From NCBI GenBank assembly GCA_010909165.1, contig MU008153.1, positions 682,001 to 746,000 on the forward strand: a stretch of DNA of 64,000 nt, in the 5' to 3' direction. The DNA is from Anthoceros angustus (taxonomy: Eukaryota; Plantae; Anthocerotophyta). Positions 11,901 to 23,774 of this stretch are shown one piece after another. The translations under genes were made by a program, and so were the position numbers. The stretch's first letter is position 1. Each line of letters starts with the position of its first letter. The notes below the pieces were generated by a model. It searched no databases and was not told the DNA's origin. It was given only the letters and a program-made list of their open reading frames with translations.

Positions 11901-13741
11901 TTTCCTTCCAATTATGATGTACCTGTATACCAAGCCAGTCCACTACTTGAGACACAGGAATGCCTTGACTCTTCTGTAATCCACTGTGGAGAGAGGCTAG
12001 GGCTTGTACTCGCAGCTGGCACACATCAGTGAGAAGGTGTGTTGGTGTCACCAGATGACATACCATTTGCTACATCAGCAACATTGTACAGTGGTACTGC
12101 GACAGTCTGTACCCTCCCCCTGCAGGTTTGTTGTGACTCAAGCATACCTTGGAGAAGTGAGCATGCATAAGACAGGCCTGCAAGTACGTTGCTTTCCTTG
12201 CAAGCCTGAAGAAAGCGATGTAGTTGCCACTCCGGCTAGCTCTGCATTCATCCAAAACTACTGGTCAGCAGCAACAGAAAGCAGAGTGACTAATCCAATC
12301 CAGGAATCCTGCAGGTTGGAGGGGTGTAGACGAGAACCAACCTTGCAACCGCCCGCGCAAATAAAACTTCAGGAGCATTTCTCAGCTCCGGCGTCATCTT
12401 TGCAAGATCCAATGACAGCTCAGCTGGTTCAACCTGGCCACATACCACTTGCCCTTTGTTAGAGAAAACATTGCAGCAAATAGACATGACCCTCTGCTTG
12501 AGAGGAAAAAAAGCAAACATCCAGGAGGCATGGCCCACTGCTTGAGGGCTGAACGTCAGACATACCAGGTAACCAGGGTGCTTATCAAGCTTCAGCAATG
12601 CATAGTAACCTCTGAACTCAGGTTCAGACGCCACTGGCGTTCCTCGTCTACGATGATCCACATACATCTCAAACAGGTCCACAGAAGCTTTATTCATCTG
12701 CTCAATGTTAAGATGAGGATCAAACCCCTCATTAAACCCCTCCCCTTTAGCATACTCGCACAACTCATGCATAGCCGCAATGTGAAACCGTATCTGCACA
12801 AAAACAAGTCCCTCAGCAACCTGGTCGACACAACGCACCCTCCAACACCTACAGACAGAGTCATCTCTCACGAACCAGCAACTCAGCACTAAACAGTAAA
12901 TCACCCACACACACCATCTGTTCGTGCATCCGAATAGCCTCCAGATTAAAAATATGCTGCATCCTCAAATCCATGCGCACAGCTCTCATACGGTCCCACA
13001 AGAAGCTGTGCAAGCTGAGCAGCTCGTCATCATAAGGCCTATCCAGCAACCTGAGCAAATGATCCATGGTCTTCTGGAGGACCGGTAACGGCCGTATGAC
13101 CGATGCCTCTTTATCTGCAGTCCTCGTATACTGGAACATATACAACATCGAGATAAGCATCCATCCACCCCTGCGCACCCGGCGCTCCCACCGTCCCACA
13201 TCAGCCAAACCAGTTGCAAGCAAGAGAGCAGCGAGCCGCACAGCACCTTCTTCACTGCCAAGTGCACACTACTCTGATGCCTATCACCATCGAGCCGTTC
13301 AAACTTGTCCAAATCCCCCTTCCGCTCACGGGCCAGGCGTTCAACCTCAGCACACATGTCGGGACAAGTGCCCAAGATGGCGTCCCGCCCCTGCCAGTCC
13401 TGGTCTTCCACCATCTGCTCTCCCGGCCCCTCCACAGCTGCTGGGGCTACCATTTCAGCCTTCTCAGCTCCAAATCGCTGCAGCCTCCTGGCCTTGGCCT
13501 CCTCATCTCTGGCAGTATCAGGCGCCGGCCTGGCAATGCCGGAGCCCTTTCCCCTTGCCGTGGGCGGCGGGGGAGTAGGAGACCGCTCCGGCTGCGGCCT
13601 CGCCCTAGGAGGACTCGGAGAAGCTCCAAGCCTCCCTCCCGCTCCTGCTCCCGCTCCTGCTGCATTTGGAGCTCCTGCTCCCCGCCCAAACATCACAGCC
13701 TTGTTGGGCGGTACGATCGGCCCGCTGCTACTGAACGCCAT
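8968..13741 (-). CDS. SAC3B: SAC3/GANP family protein (TREX-2 scaffold, SAC3B-like)
   Basis: GTCPDMC..ER, AVKK|YTRTA, IRPLPVLQKTMDHLL, FLWDRMRAVRMDLRMQH, RFHIAAMHELC, NIEQMNK and EFRGYYALL motifs, followed by a large 3' exon (955-aa ORF 8968-11835). Confidence 0.92.
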
Positions 13742-14334
13742 CCCAGCTCCTACCAGCCTCGTTTGCGTTTGCGAGGCCTCCCTCGCAAATCAGCAGATGG
13801 TACCCAGCCTCTTCAATTTTGGGCTCCTGCGCACCGTCCTCAATTTTGGCCTCTGAGTTCACATGACTGAACATGCAAATTTGAAGACCCGCAGCTCACG
13901 TTCTGGCCACAGCCGATCTCTCGCCGTCCCCGTCCAGGCTACAGTCTGAACGTCTGAACGGGCAGTTGTGAACCCAAATGTACCATGTCCGGGGTATCTA
14001 GATACGTATGTATGCGTTTCATATACAAAATAGGTGATTGTACATAGGTACCGTAGAGCAGACTACGGTTGGGCTCCAGCCCCTTATTTTAAAATTTCAA
14101 ACTGGTTAGTCAGCATATTCTAGATACTTTTCATTTTAGGTTAAAAATTAATGCGCAATGGGGTCTCTCTATTTTTTGATCGGTGGATTATTGCGGATGT
14201 CGTCGGACAATATCCAGAACGCCATTTGTGAGCATGTCATTATCAACCCTTCAGACTAGGTGGCGAAGGATACGCAACTGCCAAGGTACACAAGTACACT
14301 CTTTTGTATGATGGCCATACCTTCATCCCGTCAC

Positions 14335-14398
14335 TTTTAAGACTCACAGGGATATGGGCAAAGATTTTAAGACTCACAGGGATATGGGCAAAGATTTT
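14335..14398. repeat. Perfect 30-bp tandem duplication
   Basis: TTTTAAGACTCACAGGGATATGGGCAAAGA occurs twice, followed by a partial third copy. Confidence 0.85.
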
Positions 14399-14685
14399 TC
14401 TCGGCTCATTAAGGATTGAGCTAAAGCTTACCGTTGGAACGGGGTGGGTCTCCCTCTTTTCTCGGTGGTGACTTTGTTTTGATAGTGGGTATCCATCGCC
14501 CTGCAGAGGACGCTGGGCAACGCTATTTATAGGATGACAACGAGCGCAGTATAGCATCATCGGCACCAACGCCAGCCATCTAATGTGAAACATCGAAAGA
14601 AAGATGTAAAATGCTACGCCTGTGACCTAAAGCCAGTGGCTCCACAGCAAGTGAAGTCAAAGCAATCGTACGGGCTATGACTTGA

Positions 14686-14700
14686 TTTTTTTTTTTTTTT
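14686..14700 (-). other. Genomic poly(A)15 tract about 245 nt downstream of the PPR stop codon
   Basis: 15 consecutive T on the plus strand, which is poly(A) in the PPR sense orientation. Confidence 0.7.
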
Positions 14701-14946
14701 GGGTTGTATAGTACCTAGTTGTTTTTGTCATTCATGTGAAGGTGGACAAAAGAAACTGCCAAGGCATTATTGAGTTGTGATTCTTTTGTATTGTCTTGCT
14801 ATGGTGAATGGTTTGAAGTGGATCCAGGCACTGGATGTGAAAGCCTTTTGGGAGTATTAAAGTGCACACAGGGACATGAGGCCGAATCTCAGTGGATCGT
14901 AGCATCAAGGCTACTTTGCTATGTACAAAAGAGTTCTTCATCGTTC

Positions 14947-17628
14947 TCACGGTCGACCCTTACAACTGCAAGAACCAGCTGCAAATCGATGCACACGGTA
15001 CCCATCCCTTACAACAATGTCTCTCTGTTCAAGCCTTGACATGATCTCAGTGGAACTATGGCAGTCACTGCACATGCGAAGGTTCTTCGTTACCACCAGG
15101 GGTGTCCCACTCGGAGTGTGCAAGAGACCAAACGCCAGAGCTAGTTTCTCAGCATGCCCACAAAGGGCATCTTCCTTTTCCTTCTCACACAGTGGCTGCA
15201 ACACCAGCTTTGTGTGAGGTACGTGGCCCCCTTCCTGCTTCAGACGTGAGTTCGTGGTCTCGACTTTAAGGGCGATATCCTGTCCCCTTTCCCCCACCAG
15301 AAATCTATGTACCTGCCTGTTCACCTCAATGCTGGCCACTGCAGGTTTCTTGTTAGCTCCTGCTACCATTCTCAGTGTTCCAATCCTGTCAACGTCGGTC
15401 CACCTACCTGCATCTGCATACGTATTGGCCATGAGGACGTATGCAGATGCATCTTGAGGGTCCAGCCTGACAATGCTTTCAAAACACCACATTGCCCTTG
15501 CTATGTCCCCGTGACTTCTGCAGGCATTTAACAAGGACGTCAAGCCCACAACATTACTTTGGCCCTCACATGATAGTAGCATTTTCTCTGCTTCATCTAA
15601 GTGGCCTGCACGCCCGAGGAGATCAATCATGCAAATGTGATGCTCGATAGTAGGTTTGATGCCGTGCTGTTCAGCCATGGAAGCAAAGTGCTTGCGGCCC
15701 TCGTGGACCAGTCCCTCATGACTGCATGCTGCTAAAAGGCAAGTAAATGTAGCATCGTTAGGCTGAATGCCGGCGACGAACATCTCCTCAAAGCAAGCTA
15801 GCGCCTTGTGACCTTCATCACAAGTACCATATCCAGATATCAGGGCCGTCCATGTCACCACATCCTTCGTGTTCATGCTGTCGAAAACCTGGCGTGCATC
15901 TTCCAGTTCACCACATTTTGCATACATGTCCACCAGGCAGGTGCCCAACATTAAGTTATCCAACAGTCCTCTTTCTACTATCTGTGAGTGCAGCTGCCTG
16001 CCCTTCTGTAAGGCACCACTGCTTCCACAGACCTTCAGAAGGCAAGCAAAAGTAACATGGTCAGCCAAAATGAGGCCCGCCTCCTCCATTTGTCCATGCA
16101 GAACAAGCGCCTTGGCCGAGTCCTTGCTGTGCATACCCAGCAATCAGGGCATTCCATGTCACCACATCCTTTGTGCTGTCAAAACCTGGTGTGCATCTTC
16201 CAGTTCACCACATTTTGCATACATGTCCACCAGGCAGGTGCCCACCACTACGTTATCCAGCAGTCCTCTTTCGACAATCTGCGAGTGCAGCTGCCTGCCC
16301 TTCTGTAAGGCACCAGCGCTTGCACAGGCTTTCAGAAGGCAGGCAAAAGTAACATGGTCAGCCAAAATGAGGCCCTCCGACTCCATTTGTCCATACAGAG
16401 CAAGCGCCTCATGTCCGAGCCCTTGCTGGGCATACCCAGCTATCAGGGCAGTCCATGTCATTACATTCTTTGCGTTCATGCTGTCAAAAACCTGGCGGGC
16501 ATCTCTCATTTCACCACATTTTGCGTATCCAGATATCAGTGCCGTCCATGTCACCACATCCTTTTTGGCCACGCTTTCAAAAACCTGGCGAGCATCATTC
16601 AGTTCCCCACATTTCGCATACATGTCCACCAGGGAGTTGCCAACAAACAAGTCAATAGGAGTGCCACTGTGCAACACATCACGGTGCACTTTTCTGCCAG
16701 AATCCAAGTCGGTGGCAAATGCGCAAGCCTGAAGGACTGCTACAAAGACGTGACTATTCGCCCTCACTCCTGACCCACTCATCTCATGGTACAGTTGTAT
16801 GGCCTCCTCAGGTTTCCCGTGCTTAGCATGTGCAGAGATGATGGAAAACCACATGAAGACATTTGGTTTGTCCACCCTGGTGAACACATCCATGGCCTCC
16901 TGCAGCCTACCTCCACATGCATACATGCGCAAGATATGGTTCCCCACGTATGCACTCGACTCATACCCAAGTTTGGCAGTTAGATCATGAACGCGTCGGC
17001 CCACAACCAAATCCTTCTTGGATGTACACAGTTTTAGCACAGTGTATACCAGAGACTGAGAAATAGCAGAATTTGTCTGGGCCAGAGATTCCAGGGCTCG
17101 AACGGCATCAGAAAGCTTCCCCTGCTGACATAACATGCTCACGGTTCCAGCAGTTACAACGCCCATTCCCGATCCTGCACGCCAGCCAGGTCTAGGCTTA
17201 TCCCGATAGCCCGACTTGGAAGGAAAGTCACCATGACCCATCTGCATATCCAAGGAAACGAGCTGCTCATCAACCCAAGCTGGCTCAACCAGGTTGTTTA
17301 ACCGCAGGACCTTGTCGGACCTCTTACGCCGGAAGTCAGGAGAACGGGAGCTCTTCTTTTCCCGTCTCTTGTCCCACCACATGGTGAGATCCAGAAAAAA
17401 TTGTTGCCACAAGTGCTCCTGGCAACGGCCATCGCTCGAAATCCCGTCCCCACCCACACATTTTCTCGGAGGTGTTATTGCTGGGCTCCTGACAGTGCTG
17501 CACCTGGAGGATTTGTTGGAAGATTTGTTTGCCAGATGGTCTCTCCCTGAATTGAGGTAAGCAGCAGTCCCTGTACACATGCCAATTTGTTGGGTCCAAG
17601 ACGGGTCCGGTTGCCATACTGTGGCCAT
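14947..17628 (-). CDS. PLS-class PPR protein with E1/E2 and DYW:KP domain (C-terminal GRP), with an N-terminal OSB-like PDF motif; interrupted by two compensating frameshifts near 16110-16180
   Basis: About 15 P/L/S motifs (MYAKCG, VVTWTALISGY, VTFACLLKAC), KKPAVASIEV in place of the PG box, HAEKLA, CSDCH and terminal SCSCKGRP*. The two ORFs (16159-17628 and 14947-16143) are in the same frame, separated by a short out-of-frame patch with two stops. Confidence 0.88.
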
Positions 17629-17649
17629 CGTTCAGTGACCGCTGTCGGA
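17591..17649. repeat. 59-bp element, inverted copy at 24221-24279
   Basis: The reverse complement of 17591-17649 matches 24221-24279 at 53/59 nt (manual count) and contains the PPR ORF start ATGGCCACAGTATGGCAACC. Confidence 0.85.
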
Positions 17650-18397
17650 TCATGAGTCTAACGGCAAACCACACATGGAAGGATGCCCAGGTACTGTTTA
17701 CGACCACACCATACGGGCTGGCTCCGATGAGCCGGAACCCGGAGCGCTTGAATGCAAACAAGACTGTACATATATGCAACCATGGAGGAAATGCAACAAC
17801 ATCGATAGATTATGTGCAATCAGAGAGGAAATCATGTGGGACACATTACGGTCACCCGCTTCCGACTTCCAACATCGCCGGCAGTAGCAGCACCAGTGAT
17901 GTCATCATAACTCAAGGAGAACCCCAAGAAAATTCTTGAGGACGATGTTCCCGGTGTTACAGTCTTGTTATCTGGGGCAGGAGCTCTCGGAGATGGACAC
18001 CATGTTAATATTGCTTACATTGATGAGCAACCACGTGAAGATCCACCTGCAAAGGTCTAGATTGACAAGACATCTTGGCAGACAAGATGCATTAATTCCC
18101 CTATTGTTTTCAACTCTCCAGGTGCATCTATTCCTACTGCTACGCCCACCTTTCTGCAGCAGGCTCCTGCCTCCTTGCCCCTCCACACTCCAGCTGCCTT
18201 CTCTTGAGAGGGAGGAGAACACAACAATTGAAAGCTGATAGGTGCACCTGATTGGAAGGCCGTCAGCCTTCTTAGAACATGCTACATCTCTGTGCAGGTC
18301 TGCAATGGAACAAAATTTTGTTATGGGCGGTGGGACTAGCCGAGCGTGGAGGACAACTGTTTCCAGCGCCCTGACCACCGCTCTGGTCAGAGGCTAG

Positions 18398-21300
18398 TTA
18401 CCGCATTCCATTGCCCCGGAGACACTGCGCAAACAAGTGGCCAAGATGAGATACATATAACCAAGCTGACGACATGGTTTCACATGAAGAAACGCAAAAC
18501 AAACATCAGCCAACATGGAAAAGACTGCTACCTTGTAGCAAACTATTGAGTTGTCTGGATAGCGGGCGAAGGGCTTAGTGCCAATTCGCGCATTGCAGGA
18601 TCCGCATGTGCTGTCCACTGTGATCTGTACACTCTGCGTGAGCGCTTCCACCTTTTGTACTCGGGCTTCCAGGTTACCAGCCCGGACAAGATGCCTCGCC
18701 AACTAGGAAAATCAGAACAAACAGGGTGCCAACAGGTCAGACAACTCACGCTGGCGGGATGCAATGTGCCTCTATTGTGGGATAAGTGTGTGTGGTACTA
18801 CCTGCCCTTGCACGTGCCTGTGAACTCGTTCACGCAGCAGACATGCAATTGTCCCGTATGCTGCTGAAAGAGGCATGTTGGAAGGAAGTGCCTGCGAGCC
18901 ATGGCATCTCAAAAACCTCAGAAGGGCAGGCACACCATGATCCAGGCAAATCAGAAAGCCCTGGGACTGAGCCTCCGGACACGGCAGTAATTGCAGGACA
19001 GATGAGAATGAGTAGCGCAAACCTCAAGAACGCGGAGACAATCCAATACTAGGCCGTGATGATGGAGAAGGCGAAGAGCTGCCCTGTGCATCCGCTCCTT
19101 TTGTGGACCAGGCTGGAAATACATTTCCAGCAATCTGTGCACATTCACCGGCTTCAGTGGAATCTCTGGAAGCAGCAGACTGTTTCTGATTCCACAAAAA
19201 GCCGAGTTCAAGACACTCACTGCATATACACATCTGGCCTCCCGAGCTCCTCACAGTATCGCTCTGCAGCCTCAAAGTCCTCCAGTTTTCTACAGACAGT
19301 AGGTACATGATAAGTGCCTCCCTAAACGCTTGAATTCTGCAAGAGCTTTGAGAGGAAAAGAGAGAGAGAAATCTCCAAATCTCTACAAAGAACCTACAAA
19401 GCTAGTATCCGAAGAGCAGACATTACATCTCCGAGTCTTTGATGGAGAATAACCTGCATCATACCAGCCAATACGTAGTCAGAAGGGGTCCCAAGCCGCA
19501 GACGTGCTGTTGAAGAGGTCGCCAGAACTAAACGAGAGACAAGTCCTTTCAAGTTACTACCTGCTCACGCCATAGCTCTGAACCCTGTATTTCCATCAAC
19601 ACGATGTCTGCTGAATATTTGTCAGAAGACACCAGAAATGACTGCAAAGTCTCCCTGAAGTACACAGTGCTATGATCTGATGAGACAGCACTTCCAGTTG
19701 AGCGATCTGAGTGATTACTTGTAGACTCGGAGCTCTGGGCCCCAAGCTTCACCCCATTAGCTTCCAGAATCTTGCCATTCCTATGATGTACGCCTCTAAC
19801 TACCACTTTTGAAACAGTGCTTTCATCCCTATGAGACACACCAGACCTGGTGCTTGTCTCGCTTAGAGAGGCTCTGGCAAGCAACAGAGCAAGTTGTGTG
19901 TGATGATATGGCTCTTCAGAACCCTGGTCCTGTACTAGCCACTGCAGATATCTGAAAGGATCAGAAAAGAACTTGAGTGAGTAGAGTGTGTAATCAGAGC
20001 CTTACCACAGGCTTCAAAATTGCCTATGCTTCTATTCTCGTCAATTACCTCCTCAGTATCGAGCTGTCTTCAACCTGTAAAAGCTTCAATACCCTCTCTG
20101 TGAGATATGCACACCCGCAAACTGATAAGCCTCCTCTTTGACCACGAGATAACCACTACGCACGTGGATTTGACCAGGCCATCCACAGCATGTACCATTT
20201 CGAGCATTAGCTTTGTCAGTTACCTGATGAAAGGACTTTGTCACGCCGCGTCGACGTCAACATACGAAGCGCGAGGTCTCCACTGATCTCCAAGATCTGT
20301 CATCAGCAGGTGAGCAATATGCTTTGAAAACGATTGGTATTGGATCTGTCTGTCCATCGATATATGTAGCTTGCATGTTGGTGGTTCCAGCCATGCAGCA
20401 CGACCGTGAACAATCTGGCTGCAAACAATAAAATTGGTAACTCACCCAGGGCATATGATGTAGAACCAAATCACTGTCGTTGGCAACCTCAAGAAGTCGT
20501 GCTGCTTGACTTGCAGCTTCCCTGCGAGAAAGGGTGCCCTCCGGTGCAGAGTCTGCAGAGCTCCTAACAGGTGCTCTTTTCCCTTGTGCTAAACGTTGCC
20601 AGACTTGCAAAGCAGACAGTGTTAATCCCTTGTTCTCGTAAAGAAGTGCTAGCACATGTAGCAGCTCCAACTCCAGCTTTGTGTATTCATGGTCTAGGGA
20701 TCGGGGTGAACGGTCCAACAAGCCCTCTACCTCCCCCTGCAGAGGCAATGTAAGCCACCACGTCACCCTGCCTGCAGGTCTCTGCCCTCAGCTTCCCTGC
20801 CTTGCAAGAAAGTCCGTTGTACTACTGCATTCCCAGCACCCAGAACCAATGCATGCACGCACTGACACTACTTAAAGCACCTGGCTATTGCTTAGGGCGC
20901 AACTCTCCAGCGTTTTTCAACACAAGGGAAACCGGAAAATGACTTTCACAAAATGACAACAGACCAGGCTGAGAACAATAACATAAAGAATTGACCCTAG
21001 GCTTGTGCCATCTCTTGAAAACTAATCGATGTCATGTCTCAATGCACTAGGGTCGCAATCCACAAACCATAATAACGCAGCCAGACCTTCATACTGTGCA
21101 GTTCACTCCCTACTCACAGCTCACTGCCTGACGAAACCACATACCACACAACTTGGACATATTCATACCAGGATGCAACTGTTTTCTGAAGAGGCAAGCT
21201 GCCTCAACTCAATGCTACTGCCAAGTTTGATATACAATTTCATCAGCAGCGTGTCCACACCTTCTTTTTCTTCACCGCTCATCATCCTTCCACGCACAGA

Positions 21301-23644
21301 TGAAAGATACCTACAACCCAAAGAGTTGGCAAAATGATAAAAGCACTCAAGCTACAGTTAACAGATATTTAAAGACCCCAGAGACAGAAAAAATGGCTAA
21401 CCGGGCAAAGTGCTTCACAGCCAGTAGTAAAAATTCCTCTTGTTTGGCAGAGAAATCTGTGTCTTTGGCATTGACACCCTGCCCATACATGCCTCTTCGC
21501 TCTTGCAGAGCATTTCTTATGACCGTTTCAATAGGCTGAGGAGGAGGATGTAGACCCCAGTATCTCTTTCGCGGTATCTGCACATTCGTGAACTTCAATT
21601 GAGACTGAAGGCGAGAGCTTCCTGCATCAAACGAAACTCAAACCACTCTAACAAGCAGATATGACAGGACAGAAGAAACATACCACAGACCGCCATCGAG
21701 TAGTCTCAGCTGGAAAAAATCGGAAAAGCTCAAATGGTTGTAATAAATCAGACTCCAAAAAGTGGTTAATAGCTTCCTCGAAGCATAAGTCACACAGAAG
21801 CAAGAACCCTGCCTCCACGTGAACAAACGCCAACCTTGCAACTGCGCCGCTGCCACCGGAATTTTCCAGACATTCTTTTGCTAACTGCACAGCTTCATTG
21901 TATTCCTTTTGCTTAAGCAGACCCTTTACCTGATCATCCGCTGACACTTGCTGCAAGCACCATACCTGAGGCATACAGTTTTCCAGTAAGCCCCTCAACC
22001 GAATTTTGCTTAAACAAGTAACGAAAGGAAATTTACCTTTGCGCCACTGGCTACAACAAGGAAACTTCCCTCCTCATCATCCACAATCAGAGAGGGGCCG
22101 TCTGCAGCGTCTGTCAAAACTGTCTGTATCTTTTTGCATGTTTTGCGGTGGTAAAGTTCAACTTGGCCACTTGTTGCTGCCGCCAGATAAGGGGTACTAA
22201 GCGCAAGGGTATCCGGAACGCTTTTGAATACCATACTGCCTGATCTAGGTTCTCCCTTTGTGTTCACAACAGTCCCCAGGGTATCAAGCATCAGAAGAAC
22301 TTCATAATCATGAGGAATGGGCTTCAACAAAGGAGGCCTCAGAGGATCCTGAGGAAGAGCCATAGAGAAAAGCGATTGCCCACTGGATACAGAAAACAGC
22401 GTGTACTCACGAAGTGAAGCTGCAAATATAACATTTCCCACCCAAGCCAACGTAACCACGCCTTCCAAACCCACCATTTCCTTCACCAACCTTGCCGAAG
22501 AGTTTTCCTTCATCCCATTTCTCACAGGATCAACCTTGTACAGCAGCAACTTTTTCTTCACAGCAACAACAAGCCTTCCGAATGCTCGTTCCCTTCCTGT
22601 CCGCCCAATAATGCCAGCATTTCCTCCCGACCCAAGTTGCCCTGGCTTGCTAAACCCGAAAACCCCTCGAATCTCACCAAATTTGCTCGAAATAGATCGT
22701 GCCTGTGTCGACCTCCTTCCCACAGACTGACCATCAGATTGCAAGCTCTCGAAAACATCCTCCGAACCTCCTCCCTGCTCCTGTGCAGCAAGAGAACCAG
22801 TCCGTCCAGCAGGCAAACTCTTTTGCGAGTCTGTGTCACGGGGATACCCACGAGCCATGGCTGAAGCTCCCTTTGTTGCACCCAGAACTTCAAGCGAGTC
22901 TAGAGTGTTACTCACCAAAGCAACCACTCCATCCCAAAGAACTGCCACCCGACCAGCCTCAGGAAGCACACAAATACTCTCCACAGGGCTCCTACTACCA
23001 AGTGACTTGTGAGCCCTCAGCTTCATCACGTACTCAGGTTCCCCGGCCCTGGACCTGGAATCCTCCACATCGCTGAGGTACAGCGGCGAAGAAGCTGACA
23101 AGTGCCCATACCCGAGTCCCTCGTCTCTATCATCATCTTGCGAAGGAGCTGCAGAAAGGGGAGGGGAGGGGGAGGGGCTGTACGCCGAAGCATACCCATC
23201 TCCTGCACCTGTAAATGCACCTGCCGACAAGACGGAATTGGATGCAGCCCGAGTCCTGGCAGTCCGAACTCTCGCAGAATCAAGAGCAGGATCCGATGCC
23301 CTTCCCGGCGACCACCCAGACCAGGATGACGCAAGTGCGGGCTGCTGTAGCGAGGGGAAGCTGAAGCCGGAAGCTGGGTCCTTGACAGGAGCAAGTTGCG
23401 GCTGTGCAGCAGCATCACTGTGAGCGTTGGAAGTCGAGGCTGTGGAAATGGTGAAGAGCAGCAGCTGCCCGGTGTCTGTGCCCAGGTAGAGCACACGTTG
23501 CCCGCCTTTGGTGCCTCTGAAGAGCGCAATCGATCTGAACCGGCAAGCAGGGATGGAAGCTTCTCGCAGCGGGTACGCCTCCAAGGCTACTCGGAGGACA
23601 ACCCTTTCCACCGTGCCTTCTCTCTCGTCGGTCTCCTCTTCCAT
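18398..23644 (-). CDS. VPS3: CORVET subunit VPS3 / TGFBRAP1-like (CNH domain, clathrin-like repeat, C-terminal zinc finger-like region), multi-exon
   Basis: N-terminus RFRSIAL..VLYLGTDTGQLLL fits VPS3 rather than VPS39. Other exons encode QQVSADDQVKGLLKQKEY, EAGFLLLCDLCFEEAINHF and CGSCNARIGTKPFARYPDNSIVCYK. The last exon and possible extra 5' exon (acceptor near 23670) are uncertain. Confidence 0.88.
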
Positions 23645-23718
23645 CTTCTCATGAAATCCAGATCCTGCTCAGGCACCAAGGCGCAGCCCAGCATCCCAGC
23701 TTCCCGCACAGTACCAAC

Positions 23719-23774
23719 AAACCAGCATGTCGCACGCTCTCATCACAAACCAACATGTCGCATGCTCTCATCAC
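23719..23774. repeat. 28-bp tandem duplication upstream of the VPS3 ATG
   Basis: AAACCAGCATGTCGCACGCTCTCATCAC followed by AAACCAACATGTCGCATGCTCTCATCAC. Confidence 0.7.

Noticed and set aside
16115-16180. A GT-AG intron rescuing the PPR frameshift (GTTTTG...GCACAG, 59 nt)
   Set aside because: Splicing it would leave the downstream sequence in the wrong frame, and the segment is clearly a degraded PPR motif.
18398-23644. VPS39 call
   Set aside because: The N-terminal sequence matches the VPS3/TGFBRAP1 pattern, not the VPS39 MVHxAYD start.
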